This document shows, piece by piece, positions 28,198-41,720 of a DNA stretch of 64,000 nt. Made by a program: the position numbers and the translations under genes. Location of the stretch: NCBI GenBank assembly GCA_963707945.1, contig CAVPRM010000002.1:1768617-1832616 (forward strand), in the 5' to 3' direction. The stretch's first letter is position 1. Each line of letters opens with the position of its first letter. Source of the DNA: an uncultured delta proteobacterium. GTDB taxonomy: Bacteria; Myxococcota_A; UBA9160; SZUA-336. The notes beneath the pieces are model-generated. The model worked only from the letters and a program-made list of their open reading frames with translations. It ran no database searches and was not told the DNA's origin.

Positions 28198-29373
28198 TCA
28201 GTAGGACCGCGGCAGGGCCAGCACGTGCTCCGCCACGAAGTTCAGCGCCATCTCCTGCGAGATCGGGGCGAGCCGCATCAGCCTCGCCTCGCGCCAGTAG
28301 CGCTCGACGTGAAACTCGCGTGCGTAGCCGAACCCGCCCAGGGTCTGCAGCGCGCGGTCGCAGGCGCGGAACGAGGCGTCGGCGCAGCGGACCTTGGCCA
28401 TGTTCGCGAGCGGACCGGCCGGCTCGCCGCGGTCGTAGGTCCAGGCGGCCTTCTGCCAGAGGAGCTCGGCTGCGATCAGCTCGCTGTACGAATCCGCCAG
28501 CGGATGCGCGATCGCCTGGTTCTGGCCGATCGGCCGGTCGAAGACGATTCGCTCGCGCGCGTACGCGACCGCCCGCTCGAGCGCCCGGAAGCCGATCCCG
28601 ACCGCCTCGGCCGAGATCACGATCCGCTCCGGGTTGATCCCGTCGAGGAGGCAGTAGAAGCCGCGCCCCACCTCGCCGACCACGTCCTCGTTCGAGACGG
28701 GCAGGTCGCGGATGAACACCTCGTTCGAGTTCACGGCGTTGCGGCCGAGCTTGTTGATCTCGCGGATCTCGACGTGCGCCGGGTCGAGGTCGGCGAGGAA
28801 CAGGGTCATGCCGTCCATCCGGCGCGCGCACTCCTCGCGCGGCGTGGTGCGCGCGAGCAACAGGATCTTCTGCGCCTGCTGCGCCTTGGTGTTCCAGACC
28901 TTCTTGCCGTTCACGATCCAGCGGTCGCCGTCGCGCCGCGCGAACGTGCGGATGCGCGAGGTGTCGGTGCCGGCGTCGTCCTCGGTCACGCCGAACGACA
29001 CGTGCAGCTTCCCGGTCGCCGTGGGCGGCAGGTACTTCTCTTTCATCGCCTCGGAGCCGTGGTGGATCACCGGCCCCATGCCGAAGATGGACAGGTGCAT
29101 GGTCGAGGCGGCGTTCATCGCGCCCGCACTGCCCGCGACCGCGCGCAGGAGCGCCCCCGCGTGCATCACCCCGAGGCCCGCCCCGCCGTACTTCTCGGGG
29201 ATGACGACGCCCACCCAGCCGGCCTCGGCGAAGGCGTTGTAGAACTCCCAGGGGAAGAGCTTCTTCTCGTCGTGCTCCAACCAGTAGTCGTCGTCGAAGC
29301 GCTCGGCGAGCTTGCCCGCCTCGGCCGTGATGCTCGCGTAGTCCGCGTCGGCTGCGAAGTCCATCTCGGCCAT
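28198..29373 (-). CDS. Acyl-CoA dehydrogenase
   Basis: 391-aa ORF with an ACAD fold (GVTEDDAGTD, WIVNGKKVWNT, GGFGYAREFHVERYWREARL). Confidence 0.9.
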   Translation of the reverse strand: MAEMDFAADADYASITAEAGKLAERFDDDYWLEHDEKKLFPWEFYNAFAEAGWVGVVIPEKYGGAGLGVMHAGALLRAVAGSAGAMNAASTMHLSIFGMGPVIHHGSEAMKEKYLPPTATGKLHVSFGVTEDDAGTDTSRIRTFARRDGDRWIVNGKKVWNTKAQQAQKILLLARTTPREECARRMDGMTLFLADLDPAHVEIREINKLGRNAVNSNEVFIRDLPVSNEDVVGEVGRGFYCLLDGINPERIVISAEAVGIGFRALERAVAYARERIVFDRPIGQNQAIAHPLADSYSELIAAELLWQKAAWTYDRGEPAGPLANMAKVRCADASFRACDRALQTLGGFGYAREFHVERYWREARLMRLAPISQEMALNFVAEHVLALPRSY

Positions 29374-29400
29374 GTTACCCCTCCGTGCTAGCCTGCGCGC

Positions 29401-30399
29401 GTGGACCGGCGTCTATGGGCCCTCGTCGTCACGTCGGCGCTCCTGTTCGGACTCTTCACGACCTACGAGCACGTCGTCACCCTCGGCAGGGCCTATCTCG
29501 AGGAAGGCGGCGAGCAGATCACCCGGGTGCACGCGCTCCTCGCCGGCGCGGGCGGCGATCCGGTGCAGTACCGCGTCCTCACGGCCTACACCGTGAACGC
29601 GCTCGTGGAAGGCGCCGCGGCGCTGGGCGTCCCGCGTCACACCTATGTGTCGTTCATCCTGCTGCGGGTCGCGGAGGACACGCTCCTCTTCGTGCTCGCG
29701 TTCCTCTACTACCGCGCGCTCGGGCTGTCGACCCGGATCGGGTTCGTGGCGCTCTCGCTGCTGGCCTGGGGCATGAGCTACAGCCACCAGGCCGCCGACC
29801 TGCGCTTCGATACCTATCTCGACGTCTCCTTCTACCTGCTCGCGGCGCTCTGTATCCTGCGCGAGCGATATGTGCTCATCGTGCCGCTGATGGCGGCCGC
29901 CGCCCTGAACCGTGAGACGTCCGGACTGATTCCGTTCGCGCTGCTCGCGCACTTCCTCGCTCGGAGCCGCGCGCGCGACGGGAGCTTCTGGCTCGAAGCG
30001 CGCGAGGCGCTCCTCGTCTCGGCCGCGCTCGCGGTCTTCGCCGCCGTGTTCGTCGCGCTGCGGCTCGCTTATCCGCCGCAGACTCTCGTGATCCCGCACG
30101 ACCAGCATCCGGGGCTGCCGCTGCTCGTGTACAACCTGTCCTCGTGGATCACCTGGGTGGACCTGTTCGAGGTCCTCGGGATCGTCCCCGTCCTCGCGCT
30201 CGTCGGCTATCGCGACTGGCCGCCGGCCCTGCGGGTCTTCGCGTGGAGCATCGTCCCGGTGTGGCTGGTGATCCACGCGTTCGCCTCGGTCATGGCCGAG
30301 GCGAGGCTGTTCCTGGTGCCGCTCGCGCTGGTCTTCGTGCCCGGCGCGATGTTCCTGATCCAGTCGGATCCGGCCCGGCGCGAGCAGGGAGCTACTTGA
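29401..30399 (+). CDS. Polytopic integral membrane protein, unknown function
   Basis: 332-aa ORF (GTG start) with 8 or more hydrophobic segments and realistic composition. No family motif I can name. Confidence 0.55.
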   Translation: MDRRLWALVVTSALLFGLFTTYEHVVTLGRAYLEEGGEQITRVHALLAGAGGDPVQYRVLTAYTVNALVEGAAALGVPRHTYVSFILLRVAEDTLLFVLAFLYYRALGLSTRIGFVALSLLAWGMSYSHQAADLRFDTYLDVSFYLLAALCILRERYVLIVPLMAAAALNRETSGLIPFALLAHFLARSRARDGSFWLEAREALLVSAALAVFAAVFVALRLAYPPQTLVIPHDQHPGLPLLVYNLSSWITWVDLFEVLGIVPVLALVGYRDWPPALRVFAWSIVPVWLVIHAFASVMAEARLFLVPLALVFVPGAMFLIQSDPARREQGAT

Positions 30400-30562
30400 G
30401 CTTGGCTTCCTTGAACACGACGTGCTTGCGCACGATCGGGTCGTACTTCTTCACCTCGAGCTTGTCGGGGGTGTTCTGCTTGTTCTTCCGGCTGGTGTAG
30501 AAGAACCCGGTCCCCGCGCTCGACTCGAGCTTGATCTTCTCGCGTGCGCCCTTCTTGGCCAT
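30392..30562 (-). CDS. rpmG: 50S ribosomal protein L33 (Cys-less form)
   Basis: Not in the ORF track (56 aa). Reverse translation from ATG 30560-30562 gives [56 protein letters not shown], close to the E. coli L33 pattern. It overlaps the convergent membrane-protein gene by 8 nt. Confidence 0.9.
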   Translation of the reverse strand: MAKKGAREKIKLESSAGTGFFYTSRKNKQNTPDKLEVKKYDPIVRKHVVFKEAKLK

Positions 30563-30597
30563 GGGCCGCCTTATAGCACAGGGTAAGATCCGCTCAT

Positions 30598-31794
30598 ATG
30601 GCAGCCCCCCTCGAAGGAATCCGGGTCGTCGAGATCGCCAGCTTCGTCGCCGCGCCCTCGGGCGGGGCGCTCCTGGCCGACCTGGGCGCGGAGGTGATCA
30701 AGGTCGAGGTCCCCGAGGGCGAGATCTACCGCCACACCAAGCCCCATATGGGCGGCTACAAGTCCGACTTCGACGGCGGCCCGCCCTTCGAGATGGACAA
30801 CCGCGGCAAGCGCTCGCTGGCGCTCGACCTCGGCCGGCCCGAGGCCCGCGACGCCCTCCGGCGCGTGATCGCGCGCGCGGACGTGGTGCTCACGAACCTC
30901 TTGCCCGGCCGGCAGCGCAAGTACGGGCTCGATCCCGACACCCTGCGCGCGCAGCAGCCCGCGCTGATCCACGCCACCCTGAACGGCTACGGCGTGCGCG
31001 GCGACGAAGCCGACGCGCCCGCGTTCGACTACACCGCCTACTGGGCGCGCACCGGCATGATGGACATGTTCCGCGCGCCCGACGCGATCCCCGCCTTCCT
31101 GCGGCCCGGCGTTGGCGACCACGCCGCCGGCATGTCGCTCGTCGCCGGCATCCTGGCCGCACTGCGCGTGCGCGACCGCACGGGCCTTGGCCAGGCGATC
31201 GAGGTGTCGCTGCTGCAGATCGGCCTCTACATCCTGGGCAACGACATGTCGAACGTGCTCGCCACGGGCCAGAGCCCGCCGATGCACGACCGCCGCGCGC
31301 CGCGCAACGCTCTCTGGAACTCGTACCCGACCGCAGACGCGCGCTGGCTCATGCTGGTGATGGTCGAGTCGCAGCGTTACTGGCCGAACCTGTGCCGGGC
31401 GCTCGAGCTGGGCGAGCTCGAGGCCGACCCGCGCTTCGCCGACCCCGTCGCGCGCTACCGCAACGGCCGCGCGCTGGTCGAGCGGCTCGACGCCGTCTTC
31501 AGCGGTCGGACCCTCGCCGAGTGGGAGACCGAGCTGCGCCGCCACCCATTGATCTGGGCGCCCGTGAAGCGCATGCACGAGATGATCGACGACCCGCAGG
31601 TCGCCGCGATGGGCTACCTGTCGAACGTCGACCACCCCCGGCTCGGCAAGTTCAAGAGCGTCGGGCCGCCCTTCCGGATGTCGGCCCACGCGATGCCCGC
31701 GAACCGGCCGGCCCCGGACCTGGGCGCCGACAACGAGGCGGTCCTGCGCGAGGCGGGGCTGTCCCCGGACGAGATCGCGAAGCTGCGCCGCTGA
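30598..31794 (+). CDS. CaiB/BaiF family III CoA-transferase
   Basis: 398-aa ORF ([33 protein letters not shown] and following blocks typical of family III CoA-transferases). Confidence 0.9.
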   Translation: MAAPLEGIRVVEIASFVAAPSGGALLADLGAEVIKVEVPEGEIYRHTKPHMGGYKSDFDGGPPFEMDNRGKRSLALDLGRPEARDALRRVIARADVVLTNLLPGRQRKYGLDPDTLRAQQPALIHATLNGYGVRGDEADAPAFDYTAYWARTGMMDMFRAPDAIPAFLRPGVGDHAAGMSLVAGILAALRVRDRTGLGQAIEVSLLQIGLYILGNDMSNVLATGQSPPMHDRRAPRNALWNSYPTADARWLMLVMVESQRYWPNLCRALELGELEADPRFADPVARYRNGRALVERLDAVFSGRTLAEWETELRRHPLIWAPVKRMHEMIDDPQVAAMGYLSNVDHPRLGKFKSVGPPFRMSAHAMPANRPAPDLGADNEAVLREAGLSPDEIAKLRR

Positions 31795-31836
31795 GACGAC
31801 TCCGGCTGCTACCATCCCGCGCCGAAGAGAGGGCCC

Positions 31837-32704
31837 ATGAAGGGGATCGTTCTCGCCGGCGGAGCCGGCACGCGGCTGCACCCGATCACGCAGGTGGCGA
31901 GCAAGCAGCTCCAGCCGGTGTACGACAAGCCGATGATCTACTACCCGCTGGCGACGCTCATGCTCGCGGGCATCCGCGAGATCCTGTTGATCTCGACCCC
32001 GAGCGACGTGCCGCGCTTCCAGTCGCTCCTCGGCGACGGCTCGGCCTGGGGCGTATCGCATCCAATACGCGGTGCAGCCCGAGCCGAAGGGCATCGCGCA
32101 GGCGTTCCTGGTGGGCGAGCGCTTCATCGCGGGCGAGAAGGTCGCGCTGATCCTCGGCGACAACCTCTTCTACGGGCGCATGCGCCTGGACGACACGGTC
32201 CGCGAGTTCCGCTCGGGCGCGGTGATCTTCGGGTATCCGGTGCGCGACCCGGAGCGCTACGGCGTGGTCGAGTTCGACGACGCAGGAAAGGTCGTGAGCC
32301 TGGTCGAGAAGCCCAAGCAGCCGCGCTCGAACCTCGCCGTGCCCGGCATCTATCTGTTCGACGAGCGCGTCGTCGAGCTCACCAAGGCGCTGCGGCCGTC
32401 GCCGCGCGGCGAGCTCGAGATCACCGATCTGAACCGCGCCTACCTGGAGCGCGGCGAGCTGCGCGCGGTGAAGCTGGGGCGCGGGATCGCCTGGCTCGAC
32501 ACCGGCACGCACGAGAGCCTGCTCGAGGCCGCGAACTTCATCGCCACGATCGAGCAGCGCCAGGGCCTGAAGATCGCCTGTCTCGAGGAGATCGCCTTCC
32601 GGCGCGGCTTCCTCGACGCGGCCGGGCTCGAGCGCACGCTGCGGGCGATGCCGGCGTCTCCCTACCGCGACTACTGCACGGCGCTGCTCTCCGAGCACGA
32701 ATGA
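31837..32704 (+). pseudogene. rfbA: Glucose-1-phosphate thymidylyltransferase interrupted by one extra base near 32059
   Basis: 31837-32058 encodes [38 protein letters not shown]...[11 protein letters not shown]. From 32060 (+1 frame) it continues [23 protein letters not shown]...[12 protein letters not shown]...SEHE*. Together this is a complete RmlA/RfbA. Confidence 0.85.
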
Positions 32705-33129
32705 GCCCGGAGATCTTCCGGCGCACGCGCGTGATCGCGCGCGACGACATCGACGAGCTCGGCCACGTGAACAACGTGCGCTGGCTCGCGTTCGTCGCGG
32801 AGCTCGCGGGCGCGCACGCCTCGGGGCGCGGGTCGGGACTGGCCGCGCTGCGCGCGCAGGGCGCGCTCTGGATCGTGCGCCGCCACGAGATCGACTACCA
32901 CCGCCCGGCGCTGCCCGGCGAGGAGATCGTCGAGGAGACCTGGGTCGAGCGCATGACCGGCGCCAAGAGCGAGCGCCGCTCGCGCTTCACCCGCGCATCC
33001 GACGGCGCGCCGCTCTGCGACGCGCTCACGACCTGGGCGTACGTGGATTCGGCGACGCTGCGCCCCAAGCGCATCCCGCCCGAGCTGCGCGCGCGCTTCG
33101 CTGCGGACCGCGACGAGACTTCGAGCTAG
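32701..33129 (+). CDS. 4HBT/YbgC-type acyl-CoA thioesterase
   Basis: 142 aa from ATG 32701 (ATGA overlap with the rfbA stop). [17 protein letters not shown] is a hot-dog fold thioesterase motif. Confidence 0.75.
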   Translation: MSPEIFRRTRVIARDDIDELGHVNNVRWLAFVAELAGAHASGRGSGLAALRAQGALWIVRRHEIDYHRPALPGEEIVEETWVERMTGAKSERRSRFTRASDGAPLCDALTTWAYVDSATLRPKRIPPELRARFAADRDETSS

Positions 33130-35072
33130 CGCCCGCTCGCGGCGTTCTCGAGCTGCAGGCTCTCCCACCACCAGATGAGCGTCGGGAAATCGGGATCGGC
33201 GAGCGGCGGGTCGAAGGAGTCCCAGCGCAGCTCCGAGTCGGCCGAGCGGACAGCCAACAGGCGCGGCTCCTCGATCGACGCCATGTACTGGAAGATCCGC
33301 CGGCCCGGCACCGGGGCGAAGCGCGGCCGCGGCGGCTTCTCCGCGGGCGAAACCTGCAGCGCACGCTGGATCGCGCCGCGCAGGTCCGACATGCCGATCG
33401 GCTCCGGCCAGTCACCGGGCAGCCCGAACAGGACGAGCGGCACCTGACTCTGCGCGTGGTCGAGCGCGAGCCCGTGTCCGAGGCCGCCGCCCCCCTCGAA
33501 CAGCGCCTCGCCGTGGTCCGAGGTCACGAGCACGGCCCCGTCGGGACCGAGCAGCTCCCGCCAGCGCCCGACCAGGTGCTCGATCGCGCGATCGACGTTT
33601 GCCGCCGCGTTCGCGTAGGTGGCGAACACCTCCGCGCGCCGCTCGGGCTGGATCTGGATGCGCGCGAGGCGAGGCGCGCCGAGCACGTCGTCGAGCTCGC
33701 GGTGACTGTAGGGAAAGTGGGTGTCGCCGTAGTTCACGTAGAGCAGGAGCGGGCGCGTGTCGCGGCGCGCCGCGAGATACTCGTCGACCTTCTCGTTCAC
33801 CCGCTTCCACGACACCATCAGGCTGCCCGAGGTCGAGAAGATCGAGACCGAGTGCTCCTTGTCGTCGCGCGCGTCGTAGTGCACGTCCGCCCGCGCCAGG
33901 CCCAGCATCGCGCTCTCGCGGAGCCCGAACGACTCGTCCTGGCCCGAGAACCAGGCCACCTCGTATCCGTTCCGCTTGAAGTCGTCGATCAAGGTGCTCT
34001 CGCCCGCATACGGGACGAGTCGTCCGCCCATCATCTGAGCGCGCGACAGCCAGGTGAGCGGCGAGTTCGCAAAGGCGCGGTTGGAGCGCGCGCCCTCGGC
34101 CGCGAGCCGGCTCAGGAACGGCATGATCTCGCGGTCTCCGAGCCGTTCTCCGATCAGGTCGGCGCGCACGCCTTCGAGGAAGATCACCAGCATATTGGGC
34201 CGGTAGCCGAAGCTCGGCTGCTCGTTCAGCTCGCTCGGCGGAGCGCGGAAGTCGAGCGGGTGATCGCCGGCCACGCCGTTCTCGTCGATCCCGTTGCCCG
34301 GAACGTCGAGCGCGTACGGGTGGAGCGAGGAATCGAAGGGCGCCTGGTCGACCGGGCGCGTGAACAGGCCGTAGCCGTCGAGATCGAAGTCGGTCAGTCG
34401 CTCGTAGAGCGCCGCCAGCAGAGCGCCGGAAGACTTGAGCTCGAACGCACGGTAGTCGGAGCCGCCGCGCAGCCGGGCCGCTATCAGCACCACCCCCGTG
34501 AAGGCGATCGCCGCCAGCAGCAGCAGCGACAGCCGGCGGGGGCCGGGTACCTCGAGCGCGGCGGCGGCCTCGCGCGCCACCGACCCGGCGCGGATCGTGC
34601 GCACGCCAAGGGCCGAGGCCAGCACCGCTGCCGCGACCGCCAGGGAGACCGGCACGAGCTGCCCGCTCGCTTGCGCGAACCACTCGACGGGCGAGCCGCC
34701 TGCGAGCCCCATCAGGAGCTTCGCGTCGATCACATCGCCGAGGAAGCGCGACAGCTGGTAGCGGACGTAGAGGACCACGATCGGAGGCCCGAGCGCGAGC
34801 AGGCCGGCGAGGACGAGGCGCTGGACCGAGCCGAGCGGCAGACGCCTCAAGACCGGCAGGACGACCAGCCAGATCGACAGAACCAGCGCCACGTCGAAGC
34901 CGAGCGAGGCGACCAGGAACACGCCGAAGTGGAGGACGGTCCAGCGCGGCTCCAGAGCCAGAAACCCGCCGACGAAGAGGTTGGTCGTGCGTCCGATCAG
35001 GAGCGCGTCCATCAGGCTCAGCGCGGTCGCGCACGAGACGCAGAGCAGCACCCACGGCGAGCGGACCGGCAT
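33126..35072 (-). CDS. Membrane-anchored sulfatase-like transferase/hydrolase (LtaS/EptA-type alkaline-phosphatase superfamily)
   Basis: 648-aa ORF. The N-terminal part has about 5 TM segments. The catalytic domain has [24 protein letters not shown] and [11 protein letters not shown] motifs. Confidence 0.75.
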   Translation of the reverse strand: MPVRSPWVLLCVSCATALSLMDALLIGRTTNLFVGGFLALEPRWTVLHFGVFLVASLGFDVALVLSIWLVVLPVLRRLPLGSVQRLVLAGLLALGPPIVVLYVRYQLSRFLGDVIDAKLLMGLAGGSPVEWFAQASGQLVPVSLAVAAAVLASALGVRTIRAGSVAREAAAALEVPGPRRLSLLLLAAIAFTGVVLIAARLRGGSDYRAFELKSSGALLAALYERLTDFDLDGYGLFTRPVDQAPFDSSLHPYALDVPGNGIDENGVAGDHPLDFRAPPSELNEQPSFGYRPNMLVIFLEGVRADLIGERLGDREIMPFLSRLAAEGARSNRAFANSPLTWLSRAQMMGGRLVPYAGESTLIDDFKRNGYEVAWFSGQDESFGLRESAMLGLARADVHYDARDDKEHSVSIFSTSGSLMVSWKRVNEKVDEYLAARRDTRPLLLYVNYGDTHFPYSHRELDDVLGAPRLARIQIQPERRAEVFATYANAAANVDRAIEHLVGRWRELLGPDGAVLVTSDHGEALFEGGGGLGHGLALDHAQSQVPLVLFGLPGDWPEPIGMSDLRGAIQRALQVSPAEKPPRPRFAPVPGRRIFQYMASIEEPRLLAVRSADSELRWDSFDPPLADPDFPTLIWWWESLQLENAASGR

Positions 35073-35129
35073 TTCGGGCGAGATTCTGGCCCTGCCCCCG
35101 CAGCGCGCGCAAGGAAACGCCCCGTTCGG

Positions 35130-35813
35130 TCAGCTGATCGGCCGCAGCGCCCCGCCTCGCTGCGCGAGCCAGCGGTCCACGTAGCTCGGGTCCTCGTAGC
35201 TGGCGTCGGCCCGTGCTCCGACCCGATCGTGGACGGCCGAGACCATGGACTCGCCGACTCGCGGATGCGCGGCGACCCGCCAGACCGGCGAGGCGAGCAG
35301 GTAGGGCACCAGGAGCTTCCCCTTCCGACAGGGCCGCAGGCCGACTCGCGCGCCGGGCAGTGCCGCTTCGTCGATCAGGAGTCGGGCGCCCGGCCCGAGC
35401 CGCGCTTCGAGCGTGAAGAACTCGCGCAGCGTGTGGGTGGCCGAGGGCGCCGAGCCCAGGAGCGCGAAGTCGATCCGCTCGTGGCGCGCGGCGATCCGGG
35501 CCAGCTCTGCGAGACTCTCCCCGCCGAGGAACAGCACGTCCGCGATCGCGGCCCCCTCGCGCTCCCGCAGCGCGTCGATCTGGTCGCCGTCGGCCTCGCA
35601 GCAGTACAGGACACCGCCGACGCGCTCCGCGACGGCCGCGAGCGCCGGCGTCGCGGGGCCGCAGCCGGTCTGGACCAGCACTGGCGCGTAAGGCGGCCGC
35701 GCTTGCAGGTCGGCCAGCAGCCGGAAGATCAGCGACCGGCAGTCCTGCGTGGACCACAGCTGCCGGACCCAGTGCTCCGCGTGCCTCCGCAGCTCCTGCC
35801 ACGACGTGGCCAT
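35130..35813 (-). CDS. Hypothetical protein, possibly class I methyltransferase fold
   Basis: 227-aa ORF. VLVQTGCGPATPALA resembles SAM motif I and IDFALLGS resembles a post-I/II block. The assignment is weak. Confidence 0.4.
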   Translation of the reverse strand: MATSWQELRRHAEHWVRQLWSTQDCRSLIFRLLADLQARPPYAPVLVQTGCGPATPALAAVAERVGGVLYCCEADGDQIDALREREGAAIADVLFLGGESLAELARIAARHERIDFALLGSAPSATHTLREFFTLEARLGPGARLLIDEAALPGARVGLRPCRKGKLLVPYLLASPVWRVAAHPRVGESMVSAVHDRVGARADASYEDPSYVDRWLAQRGGALRPIS

Positions 35814-35914
35814 GCGCGTGGCTCCCTCTGGCGTCCCAGAATTCTCGTGGGCCGCCGCGCCGCCGGCAAGGTTCTCCCCTTGCGGCGTGGCCGAGGCTTC
35901 GAGACCTGTAGCGC

Positions 35915-37216
35915 ATGGGGCTGCTGCGCAACGTGGCGGGCGTACTCCTGACCAGCGCGGCGGCGCTGCCGATCGGGGTCGCCACCAGCATCCTGCTGGC
36001 CCGCTGCCTCTCGGTTGCGGATCGCGGCTTCTACGCGCTGCTCACGGGTTTCGCGGCGATCGTCTATCTGCTGACACAGCTCGCCTGGGCCGACGCGGTC
36101 ATCTACCGGACGCGACGCCATGGAGTGTCGGTGCGAACCGCGCTCTCGACGGGGCTCCTCGCGAACGGCGGCGTGGCGGTGCTGGCTCTGCTGATCTGCC
36201 TGGCGCTGCGCGAGCCGCTCTCGCACGCGTTCCTGGACAACGTCCGGGCGAGCGCGTTCGTGATGGCCGCGCTCACGGCGCCGCTGCTCGTCGTGGCCGA
36301 CCTGCTGCGCGGAGTCGCGCGCGCGATCGACCGCTTCGACATCCAGAACAGCTACAGCTTGCTGCAGTCGGCCGGGATCCTGGCCGGGCTGGCGCTGGCG
36401 CTGCCCGTCGCGGGCGGCGCGCTCGACGCCGCGCTCGCGGCGTCCCTCGCGGTACATCTCGTGCTCGCGGCGGGCTTCGGCGTCTGGCTGGCGGCGCTCG
36501 TCGGCTTCGAGCCGCGCATCGACCGCGCCGAGGCTCTGGCCAGCGTGGCTTACGGCTCGAATCTCTACGTGCAGAACCTGCTGATCAACCTGCACGAGAG
36601 GGTCGACCTGTTCCTGCTCGCGTGGCTCGGCGTCCCGGCGTTCGACATCGGCCTCTATGCGACGGCCGTGTCCGTCGTCCAGCCGCTCCGACTAGTGCCG
36701 GGGGCGGTCGGCGTCGCGGTCCTGCCGCAGCTCGCGGGCGCCACCGACGCCGAAGCCGCTCGGCTCACGGCCGCGGTGATCCGGCCCACCGCGCTCTTGA
36801 TGATGGCGACGGCGGCCGCGCTCGTGCCGATCGGGGTATTCGCGATCCCTCCCCTCTTCGGCGCCGAGTACGCCGCGGCGGTCCGGCCGTTCCTGCTCCT
36901 GCTGCCCGGCGTCGCCGCCGTGGCGGTCTCGCGGGTGCTGGCGCGGTACTTCGCCGCGATCCACAAGCTGCGCGGAATGCTGGTGCTGGGCGCGAGCGTG
37001 CTGGTGCTGAACGTCGTGCTGAACCTCGCGCTGATTCCGCGCCACGGCATCGCGGGCGCGGCCGTCGCGAGCCTCGTGTCGTACTCGGCCGAAGCGATCG
37101 CGCTCGCGGCGATGTTCCTGTCCGCCTCGGGCCAGACGGTGCGCGAGGCGCTGCTCCCCCGCGCCAGCGACTTCGCGCCCTACCTGAACTACCTGCGCCG
37201 GGTCCTGGCCAGGTAG
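35915..37216 (+). CDS. Polysaccharide/oligosaccharide flippase (MOP/Wzx-like)
   Basis: 433-aa ORF with about 12 hydrophobic segments. Resembles the polysaccharide biosynthesis protein family (SVADRGFYALL..., ARYFAAIHK...). Confidence 0.75.
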   Translation: MGLLRNVAGVLLTSAAALPIGVATSILLARCLSVADRGFYALLTGFAAIVYLLTQLAWADAVIYRTRRHGVSVRTALSTGLLANGGVAVLALLICLALREPLSHAFLDNVRASAFVMAALTAPLLVVADLLRGVARAIDRFDIQNSYSLLQSAGILAGLALALPVAGGALDAALAASLAVHLVLAAGFGVWLAALVGFEPRIDRAEALASVAYGSNLYVQNLLINLHERVDLFLLAWLGVPAFDIGLYATAVSVVQPLRLVPGAVGVAVLPQLAGATDAEAARLTAAVIRPTALLMMATAAALVPIGVFAIPPLFGAEYAAAVRPFLLLLPGVAAVAVSRVLARYFAAIHKLRGMLVLGASVLVLNVVLNLALIPRHGIAGAAVASLVSYSAEAIALAAMFLSASGQTVREALLPRASDFAPYLNYLRRVLAR

Positions 37217-37226
37217 CGTTCGGCCG

Positions 37227-39194
<1,968 letters not shown>

Positions 39195-39356
39195 GTCTAC
39201 CTTTCTAAGCTCGTCGGCCGGACCGCAGCCTCGTATCGGAGTACCGAACGGCGTGTTTGAAGCGGACTTCGGACGCGGTGAGGCGCCTACGTCGCAACGC
39301 GTCACCGCGAGCGACCGCGCCGCGAGGGCGGCCGAGCGGAGTGATATGTTGCGGCT

Positions 39357-41720
39357 GTGTCGGATCTGGTTCCGCTGCGGTCGGCGCCTCGCGCGGCGCG
39401 GCTCTGGGCCGTGCCGGTCGTGCACGCCGGCGGGGCCGAGCCGCCGCCCGAGGGCCGCCCGCGCATCTACCTGGCGCCGCTCGACTCGAAGCTCGACGAA
39501 CGGGTGCTGCTGGCGAGCCTGGCGCACTCGGGCATGCGCGCGCCGCGCTGGATCCCCGCGACACGCGGCGGCGTAGAGGCGCGCGATCTCGCGAAGTTCT
39601 TCCTCGCCGGCGAGCCGGCGCTCCTGCCGCTCTCGCCGCGGCGCAGCGGGACCGACCGGCTGGCGCGCCTGCTCGCGTTCGCGCAGCAGGCGGGCGCGGA
39701 GGTCGACCTGGTCCCGGTCGAGCTGCTCTGGGGCCCGACCCAGCGCGCGCCCTCGCTGTGGAACCTGCCGTTCGGCAACCCCTACGACCCGCCCGGCTGG
39801 ACGCGCTATCCGCGGCTCTTCCGCCGCGGCCACGCGCGCGTGGTGGTCGGCGCGCCCGGCACGCGGACCGCACTCGAGGGGGAGCTGCGCACCCCTGGCG
39901 ACCAGCTCGCGCTCGCCGCCTTCGTGCGAGTGCAGGCGGTCAAGGCGCTCTCGCTCGCGCAGCGCCAGGTGTTCGGCGACCGCTACAAAGTGCCGCGCCT
40001 GCTCGTCGAGCAGATCATCGCGGAGCCGAGCTTCCAGGATCGCGCCGCCGCCGCCGGCGCGACGCTCGGTCTGACCCGCGACGAGTCGCTCGCGCGCGCG
40101 GAGCGCGGACTGCGCGAGCTCGGCACGAGTCACAACCTGTACGCGATGGAGGTCTTCCGGCGCTTCACGCGCTGGCTGTACTCGCTCGCGTATCACACCG
40201 AGATCGACGTCGACCCGGGCGAGCTCGACAAGCTGCGCGAGCTCGGCCGGCGCGCGTCGCTCGTCTTCATCCCGTCCCACAAGAGCAACTTCGACCACCT
40301 GTCGCTCTACTCGCTCCTGGCCGAGTCGGGCTTCCCGCCGCCGCATACCGCCGCCGGCATCAACATGGCGTTCTTCCCGATGAACCGGATCCTGCCGGGC
40401 ACGGGCGCCTACTTTCTGCGCCGCAGCTTCTCCGACGATCCGATCTACAAGGAGGCGCTGCGCGCGTTCATCACCATGCTGGTGCAGCGGCGCTTCCACC
40501 AGGAGTTCTTCATCGAGGGCGGCCGCTCGCGGTCGGGGAAGCTGCTGCCGCCGCGCTACGGGATCCTGAACTACATCGTCGACGGCGCGCGCCGGCACGA
40601 CATCGGCGACGTCTTGTTCGTGCCGGTCGCGATCGCCTACGACCAGATCCTCGAGCTGGCCGAGTACGTGCGCCAGAACCTGGGCGACGAGAAGGAGGCC
40701 GAGAGCTTCGTCTTCCTGCTGCGCCAGATCCGCGCGGCGCGCGCACGCAAGCTGGGGCAGATCCACATGCGCTTCGCCGAGCCGATCTCGCTGCGCGAGT
40801 ATCTCGACCGCAGCCACGACGAGAAGCTCGTGGTCGAGAAGCTCGCTTTCCGGATCGCGAAAGGGATCAACGAGGTCACCCCGCTCACGCCGGCGTCCGT
40901 CGCCTGCTCGGTGTTGGTCGGCGCGGGCAAGGCAGCGCTCGGCCAGGCCGAGTTCGAGCGGCAGGTCGCGCGCTTGCTCGACTACGCGCGCGAGCGCGGC
41001 ATCGGCATGACCCGCGAGGTCGCCGAAGGCGCTGCGCCCACGATCGCGGCCGCCATGCGCGCGCTCTCGGCGAGCGGCGTGCTGGAGAGCTACGACGGCG
41101 GCGTCGAGCCGGTCTACTACGTGACGCAGACCGGCCGGCACGCGGCATCGTACTACCGCAACACAGTGATCCACTTCCTGGTCGGCCGGGCGATCGCCGA
41201 GCTCGCGGGCCGCGCCGCCGCCGCCGGCCGCGCCGAGCTCTCCGGCGAGCGCGACCCGCGCGCCTTCGCGCTGCGCCTCCGCGAGCTCCTGAAGTTCGAG
41301 TTCTTCTTCTCCGAGCGCGAGCCGTTCCTGCGCGAGATGGAGCGCGAGTGGCAGCTGCTCGCGCGCGAGCGCGCGGCCAAGCAGCCGGAGCTCCTGGCGG
41401 CCTGCCCGCGCATCCTGCTCGACTTCCTCGAGAGCTACTGGGTGGTCGGCGAGACCCTGCGCCGGCTGCCGACCAGCGGGGCGACACCGAACGGTGAAGT
41501 GCTGCGGCGCTGTCACCAGATCGGCCGGCAGCTCCTGCTCCAGGACCGCGTGCAGTCGCCCGAGCTGCTCTCGAACCTGACCTTCGCCAACGCGCTGCGC
41601 CTGCTCGAGAACCTGGGCGCCGCTCAGCGCGCCCCCGACGGCTTCGGGCCGGGCAACGCCGAGCGCCTCGACGAGCTCGCGCGCGACCTCGAACTCCTGA
41701 TCCGGGTGGCGCGCACCTAA
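39357..41720 (+). CDS. plsB: Glycerol-3-phosphate acyltransferase
   Basis: 787-aa ORF (GTG start). FIPSHKSNFDHLSL is the H-x4-D acyltransferase motif. GAYFLRRSF, FIEGGRSRSGK and FVPVAIAYDQ blocks are characteristic of PlsB. Confidence 0.9.
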   Translation: MSDLVPLRSAPRAARLWAVPVVHAGGAEPPPEGRPRIYLAPLDSKLDERVLLASLAHSGMRAPRWIPATRGGVEARDLAKFFLAGEPALLPLSPRRSGTDRLARLLAFAQQAGAEVDLVPVELLWGPTQRAPSLWNLPFGNPYDPPGWTRYPRLFRRGHARVVVGAPGTRTALEGELRTPGDQLALAAFVRVQAVKALSLAQRQVFGDRYKVPRLLVEQIIAEPSFQDRAAAAGATLGLTRDESLARAERGLRELGTSHNLYAMEVFRRFTRWLYSLAYHTEIDVDPGELDKLRELGRRASLVFIPSHKSNFDHLSLYSLLAESGFPPPHTAAGINMAFFPMNRILPGTGAYFLRRSFSDDPIYKEALRAFITMLVQRRFHQEFFIEGGRSRSGKLLPPRYGILNYIVDGARRHDIGDVLFVPVAIAYDQILELAEYVRQNLGDEKEAESFVFLLRQIRAARARKLGQIHMRFAEPISLREYLDRSHDEKLVVEKLAFRIAKGINEVTPLTPASVACSVLVGAGKAALGQAEFERQVARLLDYARERGIGMTREVAEGAAPTIAAAMRALSASGVLESYDGGVEPVYYVTQTGRHAASYYRNTVIHFLVGRAIAELAGRAAAAGRAELSGERDPRAFALRLRELLKFEFFFSEREPFLREMEREWQLLARERAAKQPELLAACPRILLDFLESYWVVGETLRRLPTSGATPNGEVLRRCHQIGRQLLLQDRVQSPELLSNLTFANALRLLENLGAAQRAPDGFGPGNAERLDELARDLELLIRVART

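Noticed and set aside
33412-35991. 859-aa minus-strand and 831-aa plus-strand ORFs spanning the LtaS-like and methyltransferase-fold genes.
   Set aside because: Arg/Pro/Gly-rich with no motifs. Both are out of frame or antisense relative to the 648-aa sulfatase-like transferase, which has clear motifs.
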